A DNA stretch of 47,288 nt from Nanobdellota archaeon (GTDB lineage Archaea > Nanobdellota > Nanobdellia > Woesearchaeales > JAHJEM01), in contig JAHJEM010000070.1 of assembly GCA_018825425.1 (NCBI GenBank), positions 1 through 47,288 on the forward strand. Direction: 5' to 3'. Below are positions 20,064 through 28,521 of this stretch, piece after piece. The notes under the pieces are model-generated. The model made no database searches, was not told the DNA's origin, and worked only from the letters and a program-made list of their open reading frames with translations. Within the stretch, counting starts at the first letter, position 1. The number at the start of each line of letters is the position of its first letter. The translations under genes were made by a program, and so were the position numbers.

Positions 20064-20948
20064 ATGGTTTTTGAACAGATTTTTGGACCCAAATGGTTAG
20101 AAAAAAAACCAGGTCTGACATTTCTTTTAGGATTTGTATATGCTGAATTAGGTATAATATCTGCTCTGCTTATTTTTCCAGAGAATCCTAGCCTGATCTC
20201 CATTGGTTTTATCAGCATCCTTATTCTTCCTTCATTGAATCAGTTGCTGAGTATGGAGACGAATCAGGATATAAAAAGAAAAAAGTTTTCCTTAATTTAT
20301 TTGTTCAAGGATCATTATGATATCTTGAGTGTTTACGCTTTCTTGTTCTTGGGAATTCTTCTGGCATATGGCATATTTGCTGCAGTTCTTCCAGCAGCTC
20401 ATACAGAGAGGGTTTTCGAGGTCCAATTGGATATATACTTCTCAAATGTGGGAAGGTCTATTGATCCTTATGTGGGTACAATACAGGGCGCCGCAGTACA
20501 GGGTGCATCCGTAGCAGGGATAGCATACAGTCAGGCAGCAGATTTCTGGAGCATATTTCTAAATAATCTTAAGGTAATACTGGTGTGTTTAGTCTTTAGT
20601 TTGGTGTATGGTGCAGGATCTATCCTTTTCCTTACCTGGAATGCGTCAGTATGGGGTACTATATTTGGATATGTGGCAAAAAGAACAGCAGATACTGGAC
20701 CTGAGATTGTTAATTTCTTTGTCATAATGGCTTGTGTATTTCCACATATGATTTCAGAGGCGCTTTCTTACTTTATGGCTGTTTTTGCCGGTGGAATAAT
20801 TTCAAAGGCAGTCATTAGAGAGAAATTTGATTCTAGGATGTTCAACCATGTGCTGCTTGATGGTTTCGTGATATTTTTTCTAGCACTGGTTCTTCTTTTG
20901 ATTGCAGCATGGTTAGAAGTATATATTTTCCCATTTTTTACCTGTTAG
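20064..20948 (+). CDS. Integral membrane protein, SpoIIM/DUF95-like
   Basis: Multi-pass TM topology. 'FPHMISEALSYFMAVFAGG' resembles the DUF95 'PHG..E' motif. Confidence 0.45.
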   Translation: MVFEQIFGPKWLEKKPGLTFLLGFVYAELGIISALLIFPENPSLISIGFISILILPSLNQLLSMETNQDIKRKKFSLIYLFKDHYDILSVYAFLFLGILLAYGIFAAVLPAAHTERVFEVQLDIYFSNVGRSIDPYVGTIQGAAVQGASVAGIAYSQAADFWSIFLNNLKVILVCLVFSLVYGAGSILFLTWNASVWGTIFGYVAKRTADTGPEIVNFFVIMACVFPHMISEALSYFMAVFAGGIISKAVIREKFDSRMFNHVLLDGFVIFFLALVLLLIAAWLEVYIFPFFTC

Positions 20949-21030
20949 GGAATGGTGTTGACTCGATTTAAGCGCAAGGTTTAAATACTTCTATATATTC
21001 AAGCGACTAACAGAATTCAGGGTGAATAAT

Positions 21031-21567
21031 ATGGGTCAAGATGATTTTAATAAAGATATGGACAAATACATAAAAAAAAGGAAAGAATCAGATGGTGTAA
21101 CTGTCAATTTCAACATCAGAAAGAAAGCTGAAACCAAAAAATTTGACGAGGATCTCGAGGAATATGGTGAATCAAAGGGTTTTGTCTCGAGGATTTTCAA
21201 GAAAACAGAGTCTGAAGAGTTAGGTGATGATATCGAGCAATTCCAGGAACTTGAGGATGAGCTTGAAGAAATAGAGACTGAAACAGATGATTTTACCAAA
21301 GAAGAGATAGACCAAAAGAAAGTAAGTGTAATGTCTAAATTCTTTAATTTTTTCAAGTCAGAGAATCAAGAATCAATGCCTGATGATGAGAATATGGGTG
21401 AAGATATGGTTCTCATGGATGAAGAGGTCAAGGATGTTCTTAAACTGGCTCTTAAATGGATTGAAAAGCTCCCAAAGACCCGACTTAGAGAATTTAAGAC
21501 ATCTGGAGATGCTGATAAATTCAAGGATGTTCTGATTAGGTATGGGATAGCTAAGGATAAGAATTAA
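21031..21567 (+). CDS. Hypothetical highly acidic protein
   Basis: GGGTGA SD before the ATG at 21031 (the track starts at GTG 21022). Glu/Asp-rich coiled region. Confidence 0.5.
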   Translation: MGQDDFNKDMDKYIKKRKESDGVTVNFNIRKKAETKKFDEDLEEYGESKGFVSRIFKKTESEELGDDIEQFQELEDELEEIETETDDFTKEEIDQKKVSVMSKFFNFFKSENQESMPDDENMGEDMVLMDEEVKDVLKLALKWIEKLPKTRLREFKTSGDADKFKDVLIRYGIAKDKN

Positions 21568-21651
21568 TTTTCCAATTTTTTTAATTTTGTTTCTGATATT
21601 TTCTATATTGTTCTAATCATATTTAAAAAGCCAACTTGTTTCCTTTCCTTA

Positions 21652-22590
21652 ATGGATCCTGCACACAAAAAGCTTCTTGAAAAACAAGGTTATCGTATGG
21701 TCGGCAATCATAGCGCTGTGAAAATCTGTGATTGGACTAGAAAGAGCTTAAGAGATGAGGGTGTGTGCTATAAGCAGAAGTTTTACGGCATCCAAAGCCA
21801 TAGGTGTTGCCAGATGACACCAACTCTACATTTTTGTGATTTTCAGTGTATTTTTTGTTGGAGAGTGCGTGATAACTATGTTCCGTCAAAGATTGATGAT
21901 CCTGAAACTATAATTGATAAGGCTATTAAGGCTCAAGGAAATCTGCTTTCTGGTTTTGGAGGGTTATCCAAGGTGAACAAGGAAAAGCTGGAAGAAGCTA
22001 AGAATCCACTCCATTTTGCTATTTCTTTAAGTGGTGAGACTCTTTATTATCCAAAGCTCTCAGAACTCATAAGAGTGCTTCACAAGCGCAATATTTCCAC
22101 TTTTGTGGTCTCAAATGGGAGCCAGCCAGATGTCATGAAAAGTCTAGAAAAACCCACACAATTCTATATGTCTCTAGACAGTCCAAATCAAGAGATTTTT
22201 CTGGAAGTCAATAGGCCAGATAATCCAAAAGCATGGGATAATGTCTTGAGAAGTCTGGATGAGCTGAAAAATATGAGGGATAAAACTCGTACAACAATAA
22301 GAATTACTCTTGTAAAAAGTCAGAATGATGAGTACCCTGAGAAATATGCAGCACTTATTGAAAGGGCGCAGCCTTTGTTTGTAGAAGTCAAGGGATACAT
22401 GTTTGTAGGTGCTTCAAGACAGAAACTGAGTCTTGCCAATATGCCAAGGCATTCTGAGGTAAAAGCTTTTGCAGAAGAGATATGTAAGCACTGTTCTTAT
22501 AAGATTATTGATGAGCAAGCGAGATCAAGGGTTATTCTGCTTATGCAAGAAGATATTCCAGGACGGATAATGCGCTTTGAGGGTAAGTGA
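21652..22590 (+). CDS. taw1: tRNA 4-demethylwyosine synthase (radical SAM, Taw1/TYW1)
   Basis: 'HRCCQMTPTLHFCDFQCIFCWR' gives the CxxxCxxC cluster plus upstream Cys typical of TYW1. Length and C-terminal region fit. Confidence 0.85.
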   Translation: MDPAHKKLLEKQGYRMVGNHSAVKICDWTRKSLRDEGVCYKQKFYGIQSHRCCQMTPTLHFCDFQCIFCWRVRDNYVPSKIDDPETIIDKAIKAQGNLLSGFGGLSKVNKEKLEEAKNPLHFAISLSGETLYYPKLSELIRVLHKRNISTFVVSNGSQPDVMKSLEKPTQFYMSLDSPNQEIFLEVNRPDNPKAWDNVLRSLDELKNMRDKTRTTIRITLVKSQNDEYPEKYAALIERAQPLFVEVKGYMFVGASRQKLSLANMPRHSEVKAFAEEICKHCSYKIIDEQARSRVILLMQEDIPGRIMRFEGK

Positions 22591-23252
22591 TGATGGGTAT
22601 CAAGGAAAATTATGAAGCTGTGCTAAAAAAGATCGAGACAGTTTCTTCTGGACGACAAATCCATGTTGTGGTTGTAACAAAAACACATCCTGCTGAACTG
22701 GTAAATGAAGCAATTTTGGCGGGCGCTAAGATTATTGGTGAGAACAAGATTCAAGAAGCAGAGGATAAGTTGCCTGCAGTTGAAGGACAGGTCAGGAAGC
22801 ATTTTATTGGTCACTTGCAGACAAACAAGGCAAAAAAAGCTTCTGAACTCTTTTGTATGATCCAGAGCCTTGACTCTGAAAAACTTGCATGTGAAATTGA
22901 TAAACGATGCGAAGTGCTTGGAAGAGTCATGCCTGTTCTAATTGAAGTGAATATATCTGGAGAGGAACAAAAATTTGGAATTAACCCTCGAGATGTGCAC
23001 GGCTTTATCAAAAAAGTATCTGGTTATGAGAATATAATTGTTGAAGGACTGATGGGTGTTGCTCCTTTTGTCGACGATGAAACCGTGGTGCGAGAGGGCT
23101 TCAGGAAACTAAAGCAAATATACGATCGCTATGCTTCTGAATTCAGGTTCAAGTATCTATCAATGGGTATGACTGAGGATTACATGATTGCAATCCAAGA
23201 AGGAAGTAATATGGTTCGAATTGGAAGGGCAATATTTGGAGAACGAAACTGA
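22587..23252 (+). CDS. yggS: YggS-family pyridoxal-phosphate homeostasis protein
   Basis: 'VVVTKTHP', 'IGENKIQEA', 'HFIGHLQTNKAKK', 'SMGMTEDY..VRIGRAIFG'. Overlaps the taw1 stop by 4 nt. Confidence 0.85.
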   Translation: MMMGIKENYEAVLKKIETVSSGRQIHVVVVTKTHPAELVNEAILAGAKIIGENKIQEAEDKLPAVEGQVRKHFIGHLQTNKAKKASELFCMIQSLDSEKLACEIDKRCEVLGRVMPVLIEVNISGEEQKFGINPRDVHGFIKKVSGYENIIVEGLMGVAPFVDDETVVREGFRKLKQIYDRYASEFRFKYLSMGMTEDYMIAIQEGSNMVRIGRAIFGERN

Positions 23253-23266
23253 GATGCTAATTCTAT

Positions 23267-23857
23267 TCATTTAAGTTTAAGAATGGTACCATCCGGACCT
23301 GGATTTATGATTAGTGTCTTTCCGATTTTATCTTGTTTCTTGCTTCCCTCATGGATATGACCGCAGATGTTAATCGCCGGTTGATTCTTTTCAATAAATT
23401 TCCTTATTGTTTTACAACCAACATGGGCTTGATTGACAAGGTCAACGTTGGTACGATGTGGTGGGCCGTGTGTCATGAAAATGAACTTCTTGCCCTTAAG
23501 AACCCTTGCATATTTGTCTCCTTTCTTTTCTAATTCAGGGTCTGTTTCGGTGAATCCCCCTCCACCCCAACCAAAAACATAGAGATCACGGAACTTGAAG
23601 ACCTTTCTATGGATTACCTTAATGGAATTTAATCCTTTTGCTGCAGCTCTCATACTCTCATCCGTTTCATGATTACCGTGGATGATTAAGGTATACTTAT
23701 TGAGATTGTTTAGTTTTTCGAGAAATTCTCGCAGATTGGCATCAAAGACTGTAAGATCACCTGCGCAGAGGATTATGTCTGCGTCCTCTGATTTTTTAAT
23801 AATACTGTCGAATTTTCTTCTTTCTCCGTGTGTGTCAACAAATGCCAAAATGTTCAT
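23267..23857 (-). CDS. Metallophosphoesterase (YfcE/MJ0936-like)
   Basis: 'FVDTHG', 'CAGDL', 'GNHE', 'GHIH' motifs. Confidence 0.8.
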   Translation of the reverse strand: MNILAFVDTHGERRKFDSIIKKSEDADIILCAGDLTVFDANLREFLEKLNNLNKYTLIIHGNHETDESMRAAAKGLNSIKVIHRKVFKFRDLYVFGWGGGGFTETDPELEKKGDKYARVLKGKKFIFMTHGPPHRTNVDLVNQAHVGCKTIRKFIEKNQPAINICGHIHEGSKKQDKIGKTLIINPGPDGTILKLK

Positions 23858-23878
23858 GATGATTGGAGGAAGTGGGGA

Positions 23879-23891
23879 TTTATAAATTTAA
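23879..23891. promoter_or_regulatory. Near-symmetric TATA element, possibly bidirectional
   Basis: TTTATAAATTTAA is centred about 26 nt upstream of the minus-strand ATG at 23857, implying a leaderless transcript. It is also the only strong TATA upstream of the hairpin array on the plus strand. Confidence 0.35.
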
Positions 23892-23962
23892 TGTCAAGAA
23901 AAATTTTGGTGCTCTCCAATCTCCGTAACTGAAACTTTATCCTAATCTATCTGTTCGTCATA

Positions 23963-24304
23963 CTCCCCCCTAAAGATTTGTCGAATTCATTCGACAAAGG
24001 GTGGAGCATTACGGACTCTTATTAACTGAGATTTTAAAGAATCTCAGAACTTTGAAAGTTTTCAACTTTCAAAGTAATGGGACAAAGTTTCTGGAAATTG
24101 CGAATCTTTGATTTGCAAGTGTTGCGAACTCGTTCGCAACAACTATTAAATCGAGCAGACGAGCCTACAATGAGAATTCCTCGAAGAGGAATTATAGGGA
24201 CTATCGAAATCTAAAAGATTTCGAAAGTGTCTCCCACCTCACAGAGATTTTTAAAGAAAATCTTTGGGACTCTTGAATACTAGATTCAAGAGAAAAGGTT
24301 GGAG
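23963..24304 (+). ncRNA. Candidate novel structured RNA: array of nine distinct hairpins framed by two paralogous closing helices
   Basis: Hairpins at 23977-23998, 24026-24047, 24049-24075, 24098-24118, 24121-24140, 24175-24193, 24204-24224, 24242-24266 and 24270-24292. Closing helices at 23963-23970/23999-24006 and 24231-24238/24297-24304. G:T pairs fit only a plus-strand RNA. No ORF of 60 aa or more. Confidence 0.4.
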
Positions 24305-24328
24305 CTTTGGATCGATTTAAGAGTAACC

Positions 24329-24336
24329 TTTATTAA
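24329..24336 (+). promoter_or_regulatory. TATA box candidate for ahcY
   Basis: TTTATTAA lies about 50 nt upstream of the ATG at 24385. GGTGAT SD at 24375-24380. Confidence 0.3.
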
Positions 24337-24384
24337 TGAACTCAATCTTTTCGAATGGATTTAATAATTTAGAAGGTGATATTA

Positions 24385-25641
24385 ATGGATAAGGGAGATA
24401 ATTACGAAGTAAAAGACATAAAACTTGCTGAGCAAGGGAAGAGGAATGTTGAATGGGCGGAAATGGAAATGGGAGCCCTTCTCAAAATTCGTGCGCAGTT
24501 TGAAAAGGACAAGCCTCTTAAGGGAATGAGGGTTGGAATGGCACTTCACGTGACTAAGGAAACTGCAGCTCTTGTAAGGACTATTATTGCAGGTGGAGCA
24601 GAGGTTGCAATCACAGGATGTAACCCATTAAGCACACAAGATGATGTTGCAGCATTCCTGGCAAAAGAAGGAGTTCTTGTTTGGGCATATAAGGGTGAAA
24701 GCAACGAAGATTATTACAGATATATTGATAATGTAATTAAATTCAAGCCACACCTAACAATTGACGATGGTATGGATCTAGTATCAGAGATTCATAAGAA
24801 GTATCCTGAGATGATTCCTGACATTATTGGTGGATGCGAGGAGACCACAACAGGAATAATAAGATTGCATGCAATGCAAAAAGACGGTGCACTCAAGTAT
24901 CCTGTAATTGCGGTTAATGATAACAAGACCAAACATCTGCTTGACAATTATTATGGGACTGGTCAAAGCACTCTTGATGGAGTGATCAGAGCAAGTAACA
25001 TCCTGATTGCAGGAAAAAATGTGGTTATTGCAGGTTATGGTAGCTGTGGTAAAGGTGCTGCTCTACGGGCAAAAGGACTTGGCGCAAGTGTAATCGTAAC
25101 TGAAGTCGCTCCATTTCCTGCTCTGCAGGCGAAAATGGACGGACACCAAGTAATGAAGATGAAAGATGCAGTTTCCGTGGGAGACATATTCATAACAATG
25201 ACTGGGAATAAGAATGTAATTACTCCAGAACACTGTAAAGGCATGAAAAACGGTGCAATCATATGTAACAGTGGTCATTTCACAAACGAGATTGATGTTG
25301 ATTCATTGGATAAGCTTCCAAAGCGGGAAATAAGACCCTTATTTGATGAATACATCGTTGGTGGCAAGAAGATATACCTTGCTGGCGAAGGCAGGCTTGT
25401 GAATCTTGCCTGTGCAGAAGGCCATCCAAGCCTTGTAATGAGCACAAGCTTCTGTGGCCAGGCACTGAGCCTGAAATATCTGGTTGAAATGAAAGGGAAG
25501 TTGAAGCCTGAAGTTGTGATGTTGCCTCCTGAATTGGATGATTATATTGCAACTATCCAGAATGAATCACTTGGTGTTGAATTGGATGAATTGACACCTG
25601 AACAGGTCAAGTATATGAATAGCTGGGAAGAAGGGACATAA
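24385..25641 (+). CDS. ahcY: Adenosylhomocysteinase
   Basis: 'VKDIKLAEQGKRNVEWAEMEMG', 'GCNPLSTQDDVAA' and the NAD-binding 'IAGYGSCGKGAALRAKGLGA'. The track ORF starts at GTG 24376; the ATG at 24385 has the SD. Confidence 0.95.
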   Translation: MDKGDNYEVKDIKLAEQGKRNVEWAEMEMGALLKIRAQFEKDKPLKGMRVGMALHVTKETAALVRTIIAGGAEVAITGCNPLSTQDDVAAFLAKEGVLVWAYKGESNEDYYRYIDNVIKFKPHLTIDDGMDLVSEIHKKYPEMIPDIIGGCEETTTGIIRLHAMQKDGALKYPVIAVNDNKTKHLLDNYYGTGQSTLDGVIRASNILIAGKNVVIAGYGSCGKGAALRAKGLGASVIVTEVAPFPALQAKMDGHQVMKMKDAVSVGDIFITMTGNKNVITPEHCKGMKNGAIICNSGHFTNEIDVDSLDKLPKREIRPLFDEYIVGGKKIYLAGEGRLVNLACAEGHPSLVMSTSFCGQALSLKYLVEMKGKLKPEVVMLPPELDDYIATIQNESLGVELDELTPEQVKYMNSWEEGT

Positions 25642-25679
25642 AGCAAAGCATTTATACTTGATTTTTTTGTGGAGATAAC

Positions 25680-26312
25680 ATGAATTACAAAGTCATATAC
25701 AACGAGAACTATTTTAGTGGTAAGAACTCGTTCTTCTACACGTTGGGATATGGTCGCTTTTCAGGCACATACTTTAATAGCTTGTACAAATCAATCCATA
25801 AATATGTTAAAAATGATTTCCACGTGTTAGATGTGGGTTGTGCATATGGTCTGATGCTCTTGAGGTTTCCAGATAGTGTTCAAAAGTTTGGATTGGATGT
25901 TAGCAAATACGCGATAGATATTGCGAGGTCAAAAGTTCCTGGTGCTGTTTTTAAACTTGGAAATGCAGAGCATAGATTTCCGTTTGCAGGTATTGATATG
26001 ATCCTTCTTAATGATGTCATTGAACATATTGAACAACCTGAAAGTCTTCTCAAGAATACCTACAGCGCCCTCAAACGGGGGGGTATACTGTTCATTACAA
26101 CACCCAACCTGAATATTGTACGAAAACGACTTTTTCGTTATGCTGATACCAAGGAACACCACATATCCATGTTTACCCATGAAGATTTACTAGATTTGCT
26201 GGAACGAAGCGGATTTTCAGTCTTGGAGAAGTGGACCTTCATTGATATAATATCAAGCATCCGATTGAGTTCTAATGGGCTAGAATCAGCATTTATTTGC
26301 AGGAAAAAATGA
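25680..26312 (+). CDS. Class I SAM-dependent methyltransferase
   Basis: Motif I 'VLDVGCAYGLM', post-I 'GLDVS', motif 'LNDVIEHIEQP'. Confidence 0.8.
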   Translation: MNYKVIYNENYFSGKNSFFYTLGYGRFSGTYFNSLYKSIHKYVKNDFHVLDVGCAYGLMLLRFPDSVQKFGLDVSKYAIDIARSKVPGAVFKLGNAEHRFPFAGIDMILLNDVIEHIEQPESLLKNTYSALKRGGILFITTPNLNIVRKRLFRYADTKEHHISMFTHEDLLDLLERSGFSVLEKWTFIDIISSIRLSSNGLESAFICRKK

Positions 26313-26334
26313 TGTCTTTACTCAATATCTTTTC

Positions 26335-26988
26335 CTATGTGTTATTCTTAGAAAATATCTTCCTATAATACTCGCAATACTTTGTAATCTCACACGCCTC
26401 ACAAACTGGTCGTATTGGCTTGCATACATTCTTTCCGTGATACACAAACAGGTCATTTATGTATTTCCATGTGCTTTTATGTGCGATCTCCATTAGTGCA
26501 ATTTCTGTCTTCTCAGGTTGCTTGGTATGAACCAGGCCTAGCCTATTACTAACCCTGTGTACATGAGTATCCACAGGTATTGCCGGTTTATCAAATGCAT
26601 AAACAAGCACGCACCCTGCGGTCTTTCTGCCCACACCCGGTAATCCAGTCAGATCATCCATATTATCAGGCACCTGGCCTCCATACTCATTGATCAGAAC
26701 ATTGCTAATGTCTATAATCCTTTTTGCTTTTACTTGATAGAAGCCGCTTTTTTTTATGATTTTCTCAACTTCTTTTCGCTTAGCATTGGCAAGTTGTTTT
26801 GGAGTCTTATAATGTAAAAAAAGCTCTTTTGCAATCACTTCTGTAGTCTCATCCCTTGCACGAGCAGACAGAACAGTAGCAATCAATGATTGAAAAGGAG
26901 AACGGGCCTTACTTATCCTAGCAAGCATGGTATTTCCATAATTAGATTTTAGAATGCAGATAATTTCTGATATATTTGATTTGCTCAT
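26335..26988 (-). CDS. nth: Endonuclease III (HhH-GPD DNA glycosylase with 4Fe-4S cluster)
   Basis: 'LTGLPGVGRKTAGCVL', 'VDTHVHRVSNRLGL', C-terminal 'CKPIRPVCEACEITKYC'. Confidence 0.9.
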   Translation of the reverse strand: MSKSNISEIICILKSNYGNTMLARISKARSPFQSLIATVLSARARDETTEVIAKELFLHYKTPKQLANAKRKEVEKIIKKSGFYQVKAKRIIDISNVLINEYGGQVPDNMDDLTGLPGVGRKTAGCVLVYAFDKPAIPVDTHVHRVSNRLGLVHTKQPEKTEIALMEIAHKSTWKYINDLFVYHGKNVCKPIRPVCEACEITKYCEYYRKIFSKNNT

Positions 26989-27098
26989 CGGAAATAAGTG
27001 AACACAAGTACACCAATTACCAGAAGATATATTATTCTTTCAAGGATTCGCGTATTTAAAGTTAGTGTTACTTGACTCATAAAAATACCCCCAAAAAT

Positions 27099-27959
27099 TT
27101 ATGGATACGCAGTTGTTTTGACTGTATCCACTTCTTCGTCATCATCATCAAATATTACAATTCTGATTTCTCTACTTTCATCATCATCTGGGAATGAAAC
27201 TCCTTTAATGGTGAAGAATTGAGATACTGTTTCGCCAGTTTTAACACTGCCAATCTCAAACTCTCCTCCTTGAGCTACATCATACATAGGATCACTCCTA
27301 TCCTCATAAATATAAGCTTTACCATAAAGAACCATAGTTTTGCCTTTGCCATTTTCTATCTCAAGTTTGACTGCTTTAACCTTTTTGGTGTTTTCTCCAA
27401 CACCTGCGGCGACATCAACTGTGAGAATCTTGGCTTCTAGCAAACCAGAAAGTCTCTTCTCTTCACATTTAAAATCCGCAGTGCATTCTTCATTATATTG
27501 GCAATCACTATCTTCTTCGCATTCTGGAGGTATCTCAACGCAAGCATTATCTTCGCATGTGTATCCAGAATCACAATCAGAATTCATCCTGCATTCAATA
27601 TCATCATCTGCCTCTTTGGGTTCAGAATTGCAATCATTATCATACCAATAGCCGCTACAAGTACCGCCGCAGTCAACTTGGGTCTCATCCTGATTCTTTA
27701 TTCCATCAGTGCAAGTCCCCGCTACTAGATCCGCGTCAGTTTGTGTTTCAGGTACATCTGTATCTTCCACACCTTGAAGCTCTGTGTCTGCAGTAACTTG
27801 GGCAGTTACAGCATCTCCTGTATCATGATTCCATTGAATGAAATTTAGACTTGCAAGCACGAGAATTACGATGATAAAGAAAAATCTCTCCAGACTTCGT
27901 GAGTTGACTGTTAATTGGATTTCACTCATTTTCTTTAAAAATGGAATGAACATAGTCAT
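27099..27959 (-). CDS. Secreted Cys-rich acidic protein
   Basis: N-terminal TM/signal. 'CTDGIKNQDETQVDCGGTCSGYWYDNDC' plus further Cys-rich, Asp/Glu-rich repeats, then a beta-rich C-terminal domain. Confidence 0.55.
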   Translation of the reverse strand: MTMFIPFLKKMSEIQLTVNSRSLERFFFIIVILVLASLNFIQWNHDTGDAVTAQVTADTELQGVEDTDVPETQTDADLVAGTCTDGIKNQDETQVDCGGTCSGYWYDNDCNSEPKEADDDIECRMNSDCDSGYTCEDNACVEIPPECEEDSDCQYNEECTADFKCEEKRLSGLLEAKILTVDVAAGVGENTKKVKAVKLEIENGKGKTMVLYGKAYIYEDRSDPMYDVAQGGEFEIGSVKTGETVSQFFTIKGVSFPDDDESREIRIVIFDDDDEEVDTVKTTAYP

Positions 27960-28013
27960 ATTTAAACTTTTCTATATGTTTATCTGAGCTAAAATTCGAG
28001 AAACTGCCTTTTT

Positions 28014-28454
28014 TCAGGCTCTTATGAGCTTTTTCGGCATAAACCCTTCAACCTTGATATGTTTCACTACTGGGAATGAGGTGAACTCACTAATGTTAAA
28101 TCTATTAATGTCTTCCAAAAAGCAGTAATATTGTTCAAGATCTGAAAAAATCATGTCTGCTCCGAAATCATATTCTTGCAATGAGTAAACATTATTAGCA
28201 CTTGGGTGTCTGACAAGGTACTCCTTCAGACCAGTCCTATCCTGTGCGCTTAGATGGATGATTCTCCTGCTCTCAAAGCCCATAAACGAGAAATCAATAA
28301 TTGAGGTATGTCTAAAGTTTAGATGTGAGATTAACTGTTTATATGCTGAAAACAGGGTGGTTATGGGTATATGACGTTCGTTTGCAATGCTACTTAGGCT
28401 CTTTCTGGAATTAATCCTTAATTCTGACAATAGAATCGTATCATGTTTGCTCAT
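28014..28454 (-). CDS. Lrp/AsnC-like transcriptional regulator
   Basis: N-terminal HTH 'LSELRINSRKSLSSIANERHIPITTLFSAYKQL' plus a RAM-like C-terminal half. Paralog of 28522-28980. Confidence 0.6.
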   Translation of the reverse strand: MSKHDTILLSELRINSRKSLSSIANERHIPITTLFSAYKQLISHLNFRHTSIIDFSFMGFESRRIIHLSAQDRTGLKEYLVRHPSANNVYSLQEYDFGADMIFSDLEQYYCFLEDINRFNISEFTSFPVVKHIKVEGFMPKKLIRA

Positions 28455-28521
28455 TTGGTTAGGCCTCTTTTTTTGATATATTATTCAAGTTAATAATGCT
28501 TTTGCAGAAAATTCCGGAAAC

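Noticed and set aside
23963-24304. CRISPR array as an explanation for the periodic hairpins
   Set aside because: The hairpin sequences all differ. There is no conserved direct repeat separated by unique spacers, and no cas genes are in the window.
23858-24384. SAH riboswitch or other cis-leader of ahcY
   Set aside because: The best ahcY TATA (24329-24336) lies downstream of the array. The bacterial SAH element is a short GC-rich pseudoknot, unlike this ~340-nt series of AT-rich hairpins. Read-through regulation cannot be fully excluded.
23858-24384. RNase P RNA or SRP RNA
   Set aside because: I could not find the conserved P4 strands (GGAAAGUCC / ACAGAA..CCGGCUUA-like) or an SRP helix-8 type motif. 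Perfect simple hairpins are atypical for both. A covariance-model scan is still needed.
23858-24384. Replication origin
   Set aside because: There are no repeated ORB-like boxes, no obvious unwinding element flanked by identical repeats, and no orc1/cdc6 gene nearby.
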